From contig CM059433.1 in NCBI GenBank assembly GCA_030390025.1, forward strand, positions 27,654,001 through 27,718,000: a stretch of 64,000 nucleotides of DNA, written 5' to 3'. Shown piece after piece: positions 51,464 through 64,000 of the stretch; the stretch's first letter is position 1, and each line of letters starts with the position of its first letter. Origin of the DNA: Squalus acanthias. Lineage: Eukaryota. A program made the translations under genes and the position numbers. The notes under the pieces are model-generated. The model saw only the letters and a program-made list of their open reading frames with translations, had not been told where the DNA came from and searched no databases.

Positions 51464-52182
51464 GGCCCAGAAATTCGGGTCCCCACGGGTGAGTACGCGC
51501 TGTGTACTCACCCGTAAGGCCAATGAAAGTGCCGGTTTCGCGCATGCACTGGAAACCGGAACTTCCGTTCCCTTGAAGGAAGGGGTTCACAGGTCAAACG
51601 CGTGCGCCGGAGAGGCAGCGCGTAGACATGGAACTTCCGCTTTTTTTTTTAATACAGGTTTCTCCGTGCGGGCAAGTCCCTAGCAGCTGCGCTTGGAAAA
51701 AGCAGGCGCAAGGCCCGCTTTTAACAAGGTAAGAGGTGAATTAAATAAAATTGAAACATTATTTCCACAGGTTTATCATTTTTAAATACTTTAAAGAAAG
51801 GTAAGTTTATTTTTAGTCCTGTTAAAAACTTTAATTTTTCAAAAATTTAAATTTTTGTTTAAAATAGTTAATTTATGTAATTTATAGTTATTTTAAAAAT
51901 GTGATTTAAAAAAAAAATTATTTGAAGTTTTACTTAGGTTTTGGGGCCGATCTCTATTCATAGATTTGACAGGTCTCCCTGTCAAATCTATGAATGGAGA
52001 TTCCCTGCTCCGATTGGCTCCCCATGGCCCACGTGATCCCAGGGGACGCTGCGAACTAGCTTCGCCGCTGGGATACGCGAGCACTGCACACCGGCAGCTG
52101 GAGGAGGCCCAGGATTGGAATCCCACGTGGGCCCACAGCACAACGGCACCCGCGGGAAGCCTCCGACCCGAATTTCTGGGCC
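51464..52182. mobile_element. Harbinger-like MITE, family B, copy 1
   Basis: 18-bp TIR GGCCCAGAAATTCGGGTC / GACCCGAATTTCTGGGCC, 3-bp TSD GTT, internal hairpins. Confidence 0.85.
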
Positions 52183-53266
52183 GTTATCTCAATGAAATAT
52201 TTCATGGACACTATATCATGGTTAAAAACAAATGGTAATGTGAAATCTAAGCTTCTTATGTTACTGTAACCAAACTGTAACCTATACATCAACATAGCTT
52301 ACATTTAAAATGATTATTTACATCTAACTTCATACCACACAATCTGTGGTGAAAATAAACAGAACACAGGATCTGATCTGATTTCCACATGTGGCACAGA
52401 CTGAAGCGCACTCATAAACCTACTCCGGGCTTAACAGGACAATGCACTAAATCATATCCCACGTTCCTCATCATGGATCCTCTTTATTTGACTGCATTCA
52501 AGTTTCACAAACAGTTGCTCACCATTTCAGAACCATGGCTTTAAGAAAAAATAATCTGCTTCTTTTCTTGGAGGTATATGAAACCTTCGCCCCTCACCCA
52601 CCTCAGTTTGGCTAGTGACACACACTATTGGCTAGTGCCGCACACTATCAGTAAAAGGAGCTCGGAACAAGGTCTCTCAGATTCCCCTTCCTTGAATTCT
52701 CAGCCAACACTCACCGTCCAAGTCCACATACGAAGAAGGGCCACTCAAGCAAGGTGGGGGTGGTGTCCCAGCCAGAGTAAGGCAGCGGGACAGGAGGGGA
52801 GAAAACTGGGAAAAGAAAGGAAATTCAGGGCACCTCCAATGACAGCCTATCCATGACTGGAAGATTGCCGTGTAACAAACAGCGATAAGGAACGCAACAG
52901 CCCACCTCTCTGAGGCACAGTGTGATAGGATGCCAACATGCTGTGCCAATGGATCATTCATTCTCAACACTGCAGTACAAAGTGGACCTACTGCTGATAC
53001 GATTTGCTGTATGTCTCCTTGCAAACTCTCCAGCATCCATTACCCCCGCCCACCCCAGTATTACCAAGTATAAAACACACCCCAGAAGGCCTCGCTATCA
53101 TGAGTTACACACAAGTTTTGCGGCAGCAGTGGTTTAAATCATGGCTATAACCTCACTTACTCCAAAACCTTATCGCTTTGTGCTCTGTGTTACTCAAGTC
53201 CCGATAAGTCTTATTTGGTATAAATCATTCTAAAAGCCTATTTTATCTGTTCAGCCTCTTTCCAAC

Positions 53267-53395
53267 CTTGTGCTGATCTAGAAGTGCACGGAGAGCCTCG
53301 TCATCATCTGGAAGAACGCCATGGAAACGAAGGGTCTGTTCAGCTTCAGCCAGCCACTCCAGCAATACATGTACAGCAGAGTGGAATTCCTCAGC
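53267..53395 (-). CDS. DST: Dystonin coding exon, [43 protein letters not shown]
   Basis: Read by hand (not in the ORF track). Acceptor tacag, donor AAG|gttgga; 129 nt = 43 codons. Confidence 0.93.
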
Positions 53396-54190
53396 CTGTA
53401 AGTGCAACATACATCTCTCAGACCAGTCACTACTTGACAGCCAGAAGTCAACATGTATTTTTAACTTACTTGAATTTTGAACAAGAACAGGAGAGAAGAA
53501 AAAAAATTAATCTCAAGAAAAATGGCAAGCTTGCTTCAAACTGAACGCAGAGAGTTCGCTCAGGTGATTAAATGCACTGCCGAGGGTGAAACTCAGCTTA
53601 CAGTCCGAGAAAGACTTGAAGTTCAATCCTCGGACTGTGGTAAAGTGAGCTGATCTCAGGGCAGTTGGGGTGTGACAATTGAAGACGGTGCTCCTGGACT
53701 AGAAATGAGATAAACCAAAATCTATACTTGAAAAGGGAAAACAATTGCAGGGCTATGGGGAAAGAGTAGGGTGCTGTGGGACTAATGGGAGAGCTCTTTC
53801 AAAGAGCAGGCACAGGTACGATGGGCTGAACGGCCTCCTTCTGCACGGAGAGATTCTGATTCTATTCTTGCTGTCTAGTGACCCCTAGTGGAAAGTGTGC
53901 ACATGTGCATGCCAGGTGAGGACATGATCAGGCTCAGCTGCAGAAGTCGACCACACACGCACGCACACACTTTCTTGGCTGACATGAAGTAAGTGACCAT
54001 CTGGATGAGATGCAGGGGCGATGGGTGCTTCTGCAATCGTGAAGAGTCAGCACCCTCAGGAGGGAAGGAAAGTGGGGGGAAAAAAATCAATTAACTCATT
54101 TTTTTTTAAATATAAAGGAAATTTAAAAATCCCACTTTGTTGTAATCTGATACACACAGAGGTTATATTTTGGTACTGAAGCTCTTTTAC

Positions 54191-54385
54191 CTGGTTCAGG
54201 GCTTGCTCCAGTCGGGCTTGTTTGGATACAGAGAGGGCACACACCGTCTCCCAGCGAGTACTGAGCTCTTGCATCTGCACTTTGACCCAGGACGAATCGT
54301 CGCGGCTGGCCTCAACCAGTTCACGGGCGGAGCGTTTCAGAGCCTGGACACCGCTTGTCCGTTTGCCCAGCTCTTTCTGGAAGAC
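54191..54385 (-). CDS. DST: Dystonin coding exon (spectrin repeat), [23 protein letters not shown]...ARLEQALNQ
   Basis: Acceptor tgcag, donor CAG|gtaaaa; 195 nt = 65 codons, phase 0/0. Confidence 0.95.
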
Positions 54386-54963
54386 CTGCACAGAAAATAG
54401 TTCCACCCCATCATACATTCAGAATTGCTCTGCAATTGGGAACACAGTATGCTCGGCACAGTGCAATGGGCCAAGGACAGTCACTGAATGCCATTGGAAG
54501 CAGTTGCATAAATGGTGTATGAAACAGAGCAATGCGCCCAATATCCCAACTGCAATAAAGATATAGTTGAAATGTGAAAGAATTACATAGAATTATACAC
54601 AGAAACAGGCCATTTGGCCCAACTGGTCTGTGCTGGTGTTTATGCTCCACACGAGCCTCCTCCTACCCTACTTCATCTCACCCTATCAACATATCCTTCT
54701 ATTCCATTCTCCCTCCTGTGCTTATCTAGTTTCCCCTTAAATGCACCTATGCTATTTGTCTCAACTACTCCATGAACACTAACAACAGTGTGTGGTGACC
54801 ACCTTTCTCCTCCCTACTCCCTTTACCCCCACAACTTTGCTTCCTATTTTCACCTCAGGAAAACAGGTTCTTCGTTAGCGCTGTGATGTAAAATACAATT
54901 TTGTGATGCGTGCGCTAAGACTATTCCGGTCACCGGTTTCTCTCTCCGAGACTGCCCCAGTCT

Positions 54964-55512
54964 GTGAACTGCCTCGATTTTAAAATTCACTTCCTTGCTT
55001 TCAAATCCCTACATGGCCTCGCCCCTCCCTATCTCTGTAACCTACTCCAGCCCTACAACCCTCAGAGATCTCTGCACGCCTCTAATTCTGGTTTCTTGTG
55101 CATCCCCGATTTCCACTGCTCCACCACTGGTGGCCGTGCCTTCAGCTGCCAAGGCCCTAAGTGCTGGAACGCCCTCCCTAAACCTCTCCGCTTCTCGACC
55201 CTCCATTAAGCCACTCCTTAAAACCTACGAGCCCCATGTGCTCAAACTTCTGTTAACCCTTTCAGTGGTACAAAGAAATGTACAAGTTGGAATTGTGTTT
55301 TGTCCTGAAAGTCTTGTTTGTGTGTAATTCCCTCCCTGAACCTCTTTAGCTCTCTCCTTAAAACCTACCTCTTTGACCAAGCTTTTGGTCACATGTCCTA
55401 ATATTTCCTTATGTGTCTCGTTATCAAACTTTGTTTGATAATGCTCCTCTAAAGCGCCTTGGGATGTTTTACTACGTTAAAGGTGCTATATAAATGGAAG
55501 CTGTTGTTGTTG
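54964..55512 (+). mobile_element. L2-type LINE 3' end
   Basis: FKSLHGLAPPYL, GGRAFSCQGPKCWNALP and the tail. Confidence 0.8.
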
Positions 55513-56378
55513 TAATGGGAGGGGGCTCTCAAATTTTAACTGGGATAGGTTATCTGTGCTACCTGTACTAAAACCAAAACTGCAGACAGATGAGCTGTGG
55601 GGGCTACAACTCCTCCAAGCTACACAAAAATTAACAGGATCACCTCCCCCTGCCCTTGCGTGCCCCCACCCACCCCCACAACACCTAAACTGTCCCCATG
55701 GAAACCAATCTCGGAGAGACCAGCAAGTATTACCTCATTTAACCGAGTTATGGGGAGTTGGGAGGGGGGATTTTCCCCTTGTGATCCAGCCTGATGCAGG
55801 GGAGATGGGGGGGGGGGGGGAAATATTGTTCCACTCAAAAATGCTTCAGAACATAATTAAATTTTAAGAAATAGAGATGCAAGGAAAAGAATATGAGATT
55901 AAGAATATTCCCCTCATTTTCTGCCTTTCACAGCCTTTGTCCTGTGAGCTGGGCTGCTAAGCTAATGACTCAGGATTTCATGACTGATTTTTAAAAAAAT
56001 ATATAAACATGGGGCTTACTGTCCTTTCTAAAGATACCAAGTTTTAAAAGACCCAAAATAACATTTGCTGCAAATCCGCTGGTAAATTCGATCCATCTGG
56101 CTCCATGTGAGATATTTCTAAAAAAAAACAAGCTGCACTTTGAGCAGCAACTGAATTAAAGTTTTGGAGACAGAAACTTCTACAATGTAATGACCAAATT
56201 AGCTTGTTGAATAAAGCACAAGTAAGTCACTGAAGGGGAGATCTGGGCTCTGTAAATTATTTTTAACATATGAATTCAGACAATTGGCGATGGAGGTTGC
56301 GATGTTTGGGGGTGGGGTGGGGTGGGGTATGGAGAGTGCCTTTCAGTGTCCGACTTTGGCAGAAGCAGTTGGCAATAC

Positions 56379-56538
56379 CTTGTGAGCATCAATCAGGTTC
56401 ATCACCAGGTCAATGTCCCCATGCACCGGCTGATCTTCAGCCAGCATGGGCTCGATCTTGTACAGCCAATCAATCAGAGCTTGCAAGGCATCTGTAAACT
56501 GGCCTGAAAACAGCAGTGCTTCCTCCAATTTGTTCTGT
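56379..56538 (-). CDS. DST: Dystonin coding exon (spectrin repeat), (R)[53 protein letters not shown]
   Basis: Acceptor tttcag, donor AAG|gtattg; 160 nt, phase 2 to 0. Peptide matches recalled vertebrate DST better than MACF1. Confidence 0.95.
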
Positions 56539-59139
56539 CTGAAATGGAAACACAGAAAGTATATACTCAAGATTAGCCAGCGACAGATAATAACTGAACT
56601 TTCTTCAAACTGAATACACAGTCACAAGGTTGGCTTGCTAGTTTGAAAATTCACTCCTGCTGCCTCAAGCAATGCTCACAACATGGCTGCCAATATATTT
56701 GTTAAAAACTGTGAATGCCCTAGAGTGATAAGTTAAAAATCTAATCACGAGGCTCTCATGAGGGCTCTCTGATGGGTCAATGGCTAAAGGACACAGCCAG
56801 GTGTGGCATTGAGCTACACAGACTAGGAAGGTCCAAGATTCCAGCTTTAGTCTGCATTGTTAGCGTATCTCAGCCAGGCTGGAAGGTGGGCTTCAAGAAT
56901 TGGTCTCCGCGATCTGGCGCAGGGAATAGGTAAAATGAGCCAAGATTCCCACTCCCGAAAACTATCCCAAGTGGCCCTTGTTGCGAAGTGAACGTTAAGA
57001 GAGGACAGGGATCAAGCTCAGGCTCTAGGGTCTTGTAGACACTCACTGCTGAGGGTCTCACTTGGGTGGGACAGCTGGAAGCCTCCTGCTCACCCATGGA
57101 ACTGTTTATAATGCGGAGTCAATGGGCAGAATTTCCAAATTTGGCAGGGGCGCGACACAGGCAATATCGGATCGCCGGCCCATTATACACCCTGCCAATG
57201 GAAAGGAAAATCAGGCATGGCATGTAACGGCCGGCCGATCCCCAACCGCCCATTTTACGACCCACCAAACTTGTAAGTTCCGCTTACTATGTCCAGGAGA
57301 GGTGAAGAGAAAATTATGGGGATATAAACTGATTCAGCTGATGTCATAAGCTGCAAAGAGTGAAATCATAACAATCCTATGAATCCTAGCGTCAGATTAC
57401 AGTCTTCTATATTCAATTATTTTTTTCTGGATATAGAATTTGCATACTTTTCAATCCAGACCCAAGCAGTGTTTTTTTTGCTAGCAATGATCTACAGTGC
57501 ATGCATGTCTGTGATATATGATATTCACCAAAGGACATCTAATTGACTTGGTTACTAAAGATTTCATGGAATCATAGAATAGTACAGAACAGAAAGAGGC
57601 CATTCGGCCCATCGAGTCTGTGTCGGCTCTTTTGAAGAGCAATTCAGTTAGAGCCACTCCCTGCTCTTTCCCCATATCCTTGCAAATTTTTCTCGATCAA
57701 TTACTTATTCAATTCCCTTTTGAAGGTTACTACTGAATCTGTATCCACCACCCTGTCAGGCAGTGCATTCCAAATACTAACCACTTGTTGCGTAAAAAAG
57801 TTTTTCCTCATGTCACTTTTGGTTCTGTTGCCAATCACCTTAAAGCTGCTCATACTAAACAGACCACTAGAACACACCTTAATATTCAGCATTACTCTGA
57901 TGTTATTTATTTGGTATGAACCACTTTGTAATATCAGAAAAAAATATACATTATGGATCACGAAAACCTTTGCCTCAGTCACTTTTGGAACATGTCATCT
58001 TCAATTGCAAAGATTGCAATAGAAAGCAGTTTTAAGTACTTGGCATCATCTATTATGTTCGTTAAACAGGAGGACATCAACAATTGCAAACATTTTATGA
58101 ATGAGATACGAATTCACTTGCATTTTAAAAGTGATCTAGGAGAACTACACGATGTAATCCAGACTTGTGATGTTACTGCAGAGCAATATGGAAGCAGTCC
58201 AATTAGAAGCTTACACACAAGGGCGATAGGCACTGCATTCATTGCCAGTCTGAAGCCATCAGCATGGTAACAACCAGTGTTACTCTTGGCAGTTTGAACT
58301 TTCACCCTCAGCAGAGTCGCACATAGCTTCATTTTTTTACTCTGTCCTCTTTCAAGCTCTCAAAACATTTCGTATGTGTGCGAATGCGATGCTTTGCAAA
58401 TCACATAAACAAGGACAACTGTCCATTTAAACCGTCCCATGACAGAACTTAGACTAACCAGGTCGGAGAGCCCACTATCCATTCAACCAGTCTCAACCAT
58501 GTCACCAGAGGCCAGTCAGATTCCAGAACCAACTCTGCCGAATCATTTCTAATTTGCATTTTTGTGGCTGAACCAATCATATTCCACCAAAATTATTTGT
58601 GGTATAGCGATATGACAGTGCCTCACCCATCCCAGTATAAAGTATCACACAAATAACAAAAAAATTACAAACAAAACTCACAAGCTCACTCATAAATTTC
58701 CCCATTCCCTCTTAGTATTCCTTTGTTATCTTCCCCTCTCCATGACACAAATTTAACAGCTTTGAACCTATGTACGCTCCTCCCCACTAGCAGATGGCAC
58801 CACATCCACTCATCACTGTACTCAAGGATTATGTCCTAAAGCCCAATGTGAACAGCACAAAAGCAGCAGACCACAGACAGGAACATACCGATGACAAGAT
58901 TCCTTCCCACTTCCCATTGCTAGCTACAGTGGCTTCGCACTCTCCTACAGTTCTCTGCCAGCACCATCTTTACTGTGGCACCATCATTCTGATCCCAGCT
59001 CCCATGCTTGTGCCTGCCTGCCTCTGCTGCACTGCCTGGGGGTGGGCCTGACCTCTACTCTGCTCACTGGGCTTGGAACTGGCTCTTTCTTAACCACCCA
59101 AGCCCAGAGAAAAACATCTCACCTCACACAGCCAAAGAG

Positions 59140-59306
59140 AGCAGAAAAAAGATAGGAGAGGAAGACAGAAAGCAATGATAGAAAGTAAAATAGGAAAGCA
59201 AGAAAAGAAAGAAGGAAAGCAAGAAGGCAAGAAGGAAGGAAAAAAAGGCAAGAAGTAGGAAGGCAAGAAGGAAGGCAACAAGGAAAGACGACAAGAAGGA
59301 AGGCAA
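59140..59306. repeat. Degenerate purine-rich (AAGG/AAGGC)n repeat
   Basis: Seen directly in the sequence. Confidence 0.85.
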
Positions 59307-62300
59307 GAACATACGAATTAGGAGCAGGAGTAGGCCACTCGGCCCCTCGAGCCTGCTCTGCCATTCAATAAGATCATGGCTGATCTGATTACTCTACATT
59401 CCCGCCTACCCCCGATAACCTTTCACCCCCTTGCTTATCAAGAGTCTATCTACCTCTGCCTTAAAAATATTCAAAGGCTCTGCTTCCACCGCCCTCTGAG
59501 GAAGAGAGTTCCAAAGACTCACGACCCTCAGAGAAAATGTTTCTCCTCATCTCTGTCTTAAATGGGCGACCCCTTATTTTTAAACAGTGACCCCTAGTTC
59601 TAGATTCTCCCACAAGAGGAAACATCCTCTCCACATCCACCCTGTCAAGACTCCTCAGGATCTTATATGTTTCAATCAAGTCACCTCTTACTCTTCTGAA
59701 CTCCAGCGGATACAAGCCTAGCCTGTCCAACCATTCCTCATAAGACAATCCGCCCATTCCAGGTATTAGTCTAGTAAACCTTCTCTGAACTGCTTCCAAC
59801 GCATTTACATCTTTCCTTAAATAAGGAGACCAATACTGTACACAGTATTCCAGATGTGGTCTCACCAATGCCCTGTATAACTGAAGCATAACCTCCCTAC
59901 TTTTGTATTCAATTCCCCTCACAATAAACGATAACATTCTATTAGCTTTCCTAATTACTTGCTGTACCTGCATAGTAACCTTTTGCAATTCATGCACTAG
60001 GACACCCAGATCCCTCTGCATCTCAGAGCTCTGCAATCTCTCACCATTTAGATAATATGCTTCTTTTTTATTCTTCCTGCCAAAATGGACAACTTCACAT
60101 TTTCCCACATTATACTCCATTTGCCAGATCTTTGCCCACTCACTTAACCTATCTATATCCCTTTGTAGCCTCCTTATGTCCTCTTCACAATTTATTTTCC
60201 TACCTATCTTTGTGTCATCAGCAAATTTAGCAACCATACCTTCGGTCCCTTCATCTAAGTCATTTACATAAAATGTAAAAAGTTGAGGCCCCAGTACTGA
60301 TCCCTGTGGCACACCACTTGTTACATCTTGCCAATCAGAAAATGATCCATTTATGCCTACTCTCTGTTTCCTGTTAGCTAGTCAATCTTCTATCCAAGCC
60401 AATATGTTACCCCCTACACCATGAGCTTTTATTTTCCGCAATAACCTTTGATGTGGCACCTTATCAAATGCCTTCTGGAAATCTAACTCCAGTACATCCA
60501 CCGGTTCCCCTTTATCCACAGTACATGTTACTTCCTCAAAGAACTCAATAAATTGGTTTAACATGATTTTCCTTTCACAAAACCATGTTGACTCTGCCTG
60601 ATTACCTTGAACTTTTCTAAGTGCCCTGCTATAACGTCTTTAATAATGGCCCAAAAATTCGGCCGAATACGGGAGAGTACGCACTGTGTACTCACCCGTA
60701 TTCGATCCCGAAGTGCCGGTTTCCTGCATGCACTGCGCATGCGCAGGAAACCGGCACTTCCGGTATGGCAAAGGGGGCGGTTCCTAGGTGAACCGCGTGC
60801 GCACTACAGGCTGTGCGCACGCAGCACTACAGGCTGTGCGCACGCAGCACACTTAGGTTTTTTTTCAGGTTTCAATGCGAGGGTAAGTATGGAAGATTAT
60901 ACACATGTAAAAAGGAGGCGCAAGACCCCTTTTGAACAAGGTAAGTAGTTAATTAAGTATAATTTTTAATTTTTTTCAACAGGTTTATCTTTTTTAGAGA
61001 CTTTAAAGAAAGGTAAGTTTATTTTTATAACTAAAATTTTTTTTTAATTTTTTCAAAAATTTAAATTTTTGTTTAAAGTGGTTAATTTATTTAACTATAG
61101 TTATTTTATTAATGTAATGGTTTTTAAAAAAAAATTATTTGAGGTTTAGCTGTTCTTTTGGGGTCTCTTTCAATTCACAGATTTGACATGTCTCCTGTCA
61201 AATCTATGAATGAAAGATAGTCTGCTGCCATTGGCTCTCCATGGCCCACGTGATCCCAGAGGTCGCATCGCAATAACTGCGCCCCTGGGACACGCACACA
61301 CTGCGCGCCGGCACTAGGGAGAGGCCCAGGACCCGAAGTTCCTGTGGGCCCAAAACACAACGGCCGGCGCGGAGTGTGATATCGCGCGCGATCCTTACCC
61401 CCGCGGCAAGCCTCAGAGTCAAATTTCTGGGCAATTAGCTTCTAACATCTTCCCTATGACAGATGTTAAGCTAACTGGCCTGTAGTTTCCTGCTTTCTGT
61501 CTCCCTCCCTTTTTGAATAAAAGAGTTACATTCGCTATTTTCTAATCTAATGGAACCTTCCCCGAATCTAGGGAATTTTGGAAAATTAAAACCAACGCAT
61601 CAACTATCTCACTAGCCATTTCTTTTAAGACCCTAGGATGAAGTCCATTAGGACCCAGGGATTTGTCAGCCCGCAGCTCCAACAATTTGCCCAGTACCAC
61701 TTCCCTGGTGATTATAATTTTCTTGAGTTCCTCCCTCACTTCCATTTCCTGATTTACAGCTATTTCTGGGATGTTACTTGCATCCTCTATAGTGAAGACC
61801 GATGCAAAATACCTGTTCAATTCAACTGCCATCTCCTTATTTTCCATTATTAATTCCCCAGACTCACTTTTTATAGGACCAACGCTCACTTTGTTAACTC
61901 TTTTTAAAATATCTATAGAAACTCTTACTATCTGTTTTTAATATTTCTAGCTAGCTTTCTCTCATACTCTAATTTTTCCCTCCTTATTAATCTTTTAGTC
62001 ATTCTTTGCTGTTTTTTATATTCTGTCCAATCTTCTGACCTGCCACCCATCTTTGCGCAATTATATGCTTTTTCTTTAAGTTTGATACTATCTTTAACTT
62101 TTTTAGTTAACCACGGATAGTGGGTCCTCCCCTTGGAATTTTTCTTTCTCGTTGGAATGTATATATTCTGTGTATTTTGAAATATCCCCTTAAATGTCTG
62201 TCACTGCAACTCAATTGATCTATCCCTTAACCTAATTTGCCAGTTCACTTCAGCTAGCTCTGCTTTCATGCCCTCATAATTGCCCTTATTTAAGTTTAAA

Positions 62301-62562
62301 ATACTAGTCTTGGACCCACTTTTCTCTCCCTCAAACTGAATGTACAATTCAATCATATTGTGATCGCTGCTAACTAGGGGCACCTTCACTATGAGGTCAT
62401 TAATTAATCCTATCTCGTTGCACAATACCAGGTCTAGTATAGCCTGCTCTCTGGTTGGCTCCAGAACGTGCTGTTCTAAGAAACTATCCCGAAAACATTC
62501 GATGAACTCCTCATCTAGGCTACCTTTGCCCATCTGATTTTTCCAGTCCATATGTAGATTAA
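59307..62562 (-). mobile_element. 5'-truncated CR1 LINE (endonuclease end, RT, tail), interrupted by a MITE
   Basis: ORF-track peptides PQGSVLGP, FADDTK and LDLVLCNE; 3' tail at about 59307-59345. Confidence 0.92.
60648..61433. mobile_element. Harbinger-like MITE, family B, copy 2 (inserted in a CR1 ORF2)
   Basis: GGCCCAAAAATT...AATTTCTGGGCA termini, imperfect TSD AAT/ATT; co-linear with 51464-52182. Confidence 0.8.
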
Positions 62563-62720
62563 AAAGAAGGAAGGCAGGCAGGAAGGAAGGAAGGCAGGCA
62601 GGAAGGAAGGAAGGGAAGCAAGAAGGAAGGAAGGCAAGAAGGAAGGAAAGCAAGATGTAAGAGAGGAAAGAAAGGAAGAAAGAAAAAACAAACAAACAAA
62701 TAGGAAATTAAAGAGAAAGA
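62563..62720. repeat. Degenerate purine-rich (AAGG/AGGC)n repeat
   Basis: Seen directly in the sequence. Confidence 0.85.
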
Positions 62721-63123
62721 CTTGTAGAGTGGGAGACTGGCAGAGAAAGTTACAAGAGGGATGAACTTTTTTTTTAATTGGTCCAAGAGCATGGAACATC
62801 AACTGGTTTTATTTTAAAGTCACAGTGGACTATGTGACATTGGCAGACATACTACAGTGACAGCAGTTAGTGGTTTCTGGAGAGAGAATTGGAAAATAAA
62901 AATAAAATGATATAGAACGGGTACAGCAGAGATGGACACCCTGGTCAGGACAAAGGCCGAGGCTGATACCAGTGACTCTACTGAAGCCAAGACAGATACT
63001 CAGGCTTGTATAGATTGGGTGGAAAAGCTACAAGGAAAGTCAGATTCTTAGTAACTACCAATATTGAAACAAATGTTTCCACAGTGAAAGATTTCATGGG
63101 GGTGTCCCATGCCAACAACACTA

Positions 63124-63465
63124 GAACATAAGAATATAAGAAATAGGAGCAGGAATAGGCCACTTGGCCCCTCGAGTCTGCTCCGCCATTCAATAAGATC
63201 ATGGCTGATCTTGGGCTCAAAGCCACTTCCCAGCCCGCTCCCCATAACCCTTCACTCCCTTATCTTGCAAAAATTTGTCTATCTCCACTTGAAATGTATT
63301 TAACAAATCAGCCTCCACAGCTCTCTGGGGCAGAGAATTCCACAAATTTACGACCCTCTGAGAGAAGAAGTTCCTCCTCATCTCAGTTCTAAAAGGGCGA
63401 CCATTTATTCTGATACTGTGCCCCCGAGTTCTAGATTTCCCCATGAGGGGAAACATCCTCTCAGA
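63124..63465 (-). mobile_element. CR1 3' end (similar short tails at about 35995-36320, 42925-43275, 54580-54775, 57570-57845)
   Basis: MFPLMGKSRTRGH...WNSLPQ peptide and the conserved tail. Confidence 0.8.
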
Positions 63466-64000
63466 GTTGTGATCTATGAGCTTCGATACAAAGGTGCTTC
63501 AGCCAAATGAATTCCTGGATGTTAGCAAACTGCAGCAAAGTGGCCAAACATTCCTACTAATAGGCCATGTGCAACACAGCCAGTTATCAGGGACTTCCCC
63601 CAGTGTAGTTAACCACACCTAAAATAATACACCTATATTTCTCCCCACTAGTAACTCAGCAGAAACCACAGACCCAACATCACAACTAAATTATTCAACT
63701 CTCACCAGCTGCATCTGACAGACAAATTCCCATGGTCCAAACAGATATGAAACCTTCACATTTTTATGTAGTACTTTTTAATTAGTCCCCATATTTAAAC
63801 TTTATAACCTTCAATCCAATCTCAACGAGATATTCACCCAGCTCATTTTTGAAGAGTTAACTGACACGGCAATAACTGCCTTTGATGGAAGTCTACTTCA
63901 CATAGCTTGGACTCAGAATGGGGGTGGTGGAGAAGAGAGAAGGGTGAATCTAATCTTTAAACCTCTGACAGTGCTTCTAGCCATTAGGCTGTTGGTCTAC

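Noticed and set aside
22389..56538. Calling the gene MACF1 instead of DST
   Set aside because: Diagnostic peptides ([53 protein letters not shown]) match DST as recalled. MACF1 differs at these positions.
59090..59364. Hydrophobic FLPS-rich ORFs (also 62515-62802)
   Set aside because: Translations of microsatellite sequence.
56600..64000. Further upstream DST exons
   Set aside because: No spectrin-repeat peptide with splice sites found; the next exon probably lies beyond the window.

Overview
Eukaryotic, vertebrate genomic DNA. The repeat families look like those of a cartilaginous fish (shark), which is an inference. The window holds the 3' end of the spectraplakin gene dystonin (DST/BPAG1) on the minus strand. 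I traced 16 coding exons by hand from 56538 down to the TAG stop at 22389-22391, all with GT-AG boundaries and consistent phases. They encode the last spectrin repeats, two EF-hands, the GAR/GAS2 domain, the GSR region and the C-terminal SxIP motif, followed by a 3' UTR with AATAAA near 21470. One further 15-nt in-frame microexon candidate lies at 29776-29790. The rest is mostly mobile DNA: a GC-rich CsRn1-clade Ty3/Gypsy element (8678-13919) inside a CR1 fragment, with a Harbinger-type element in its 5' LTR; near-full-length CR1 LINEs with esterase ORF1; L2 tails; SINEs; hairpin-rich Harbinger-like MITEs; a hAT MITE; and Penelope-derived repeats with minimal hammerhead ribozyme motifs. I found no clearly novel multi-gene system. 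The best leads are the microexon, the double-frameshifted Gypsy ORF, the MITE architectures and the ribozyme motifs.
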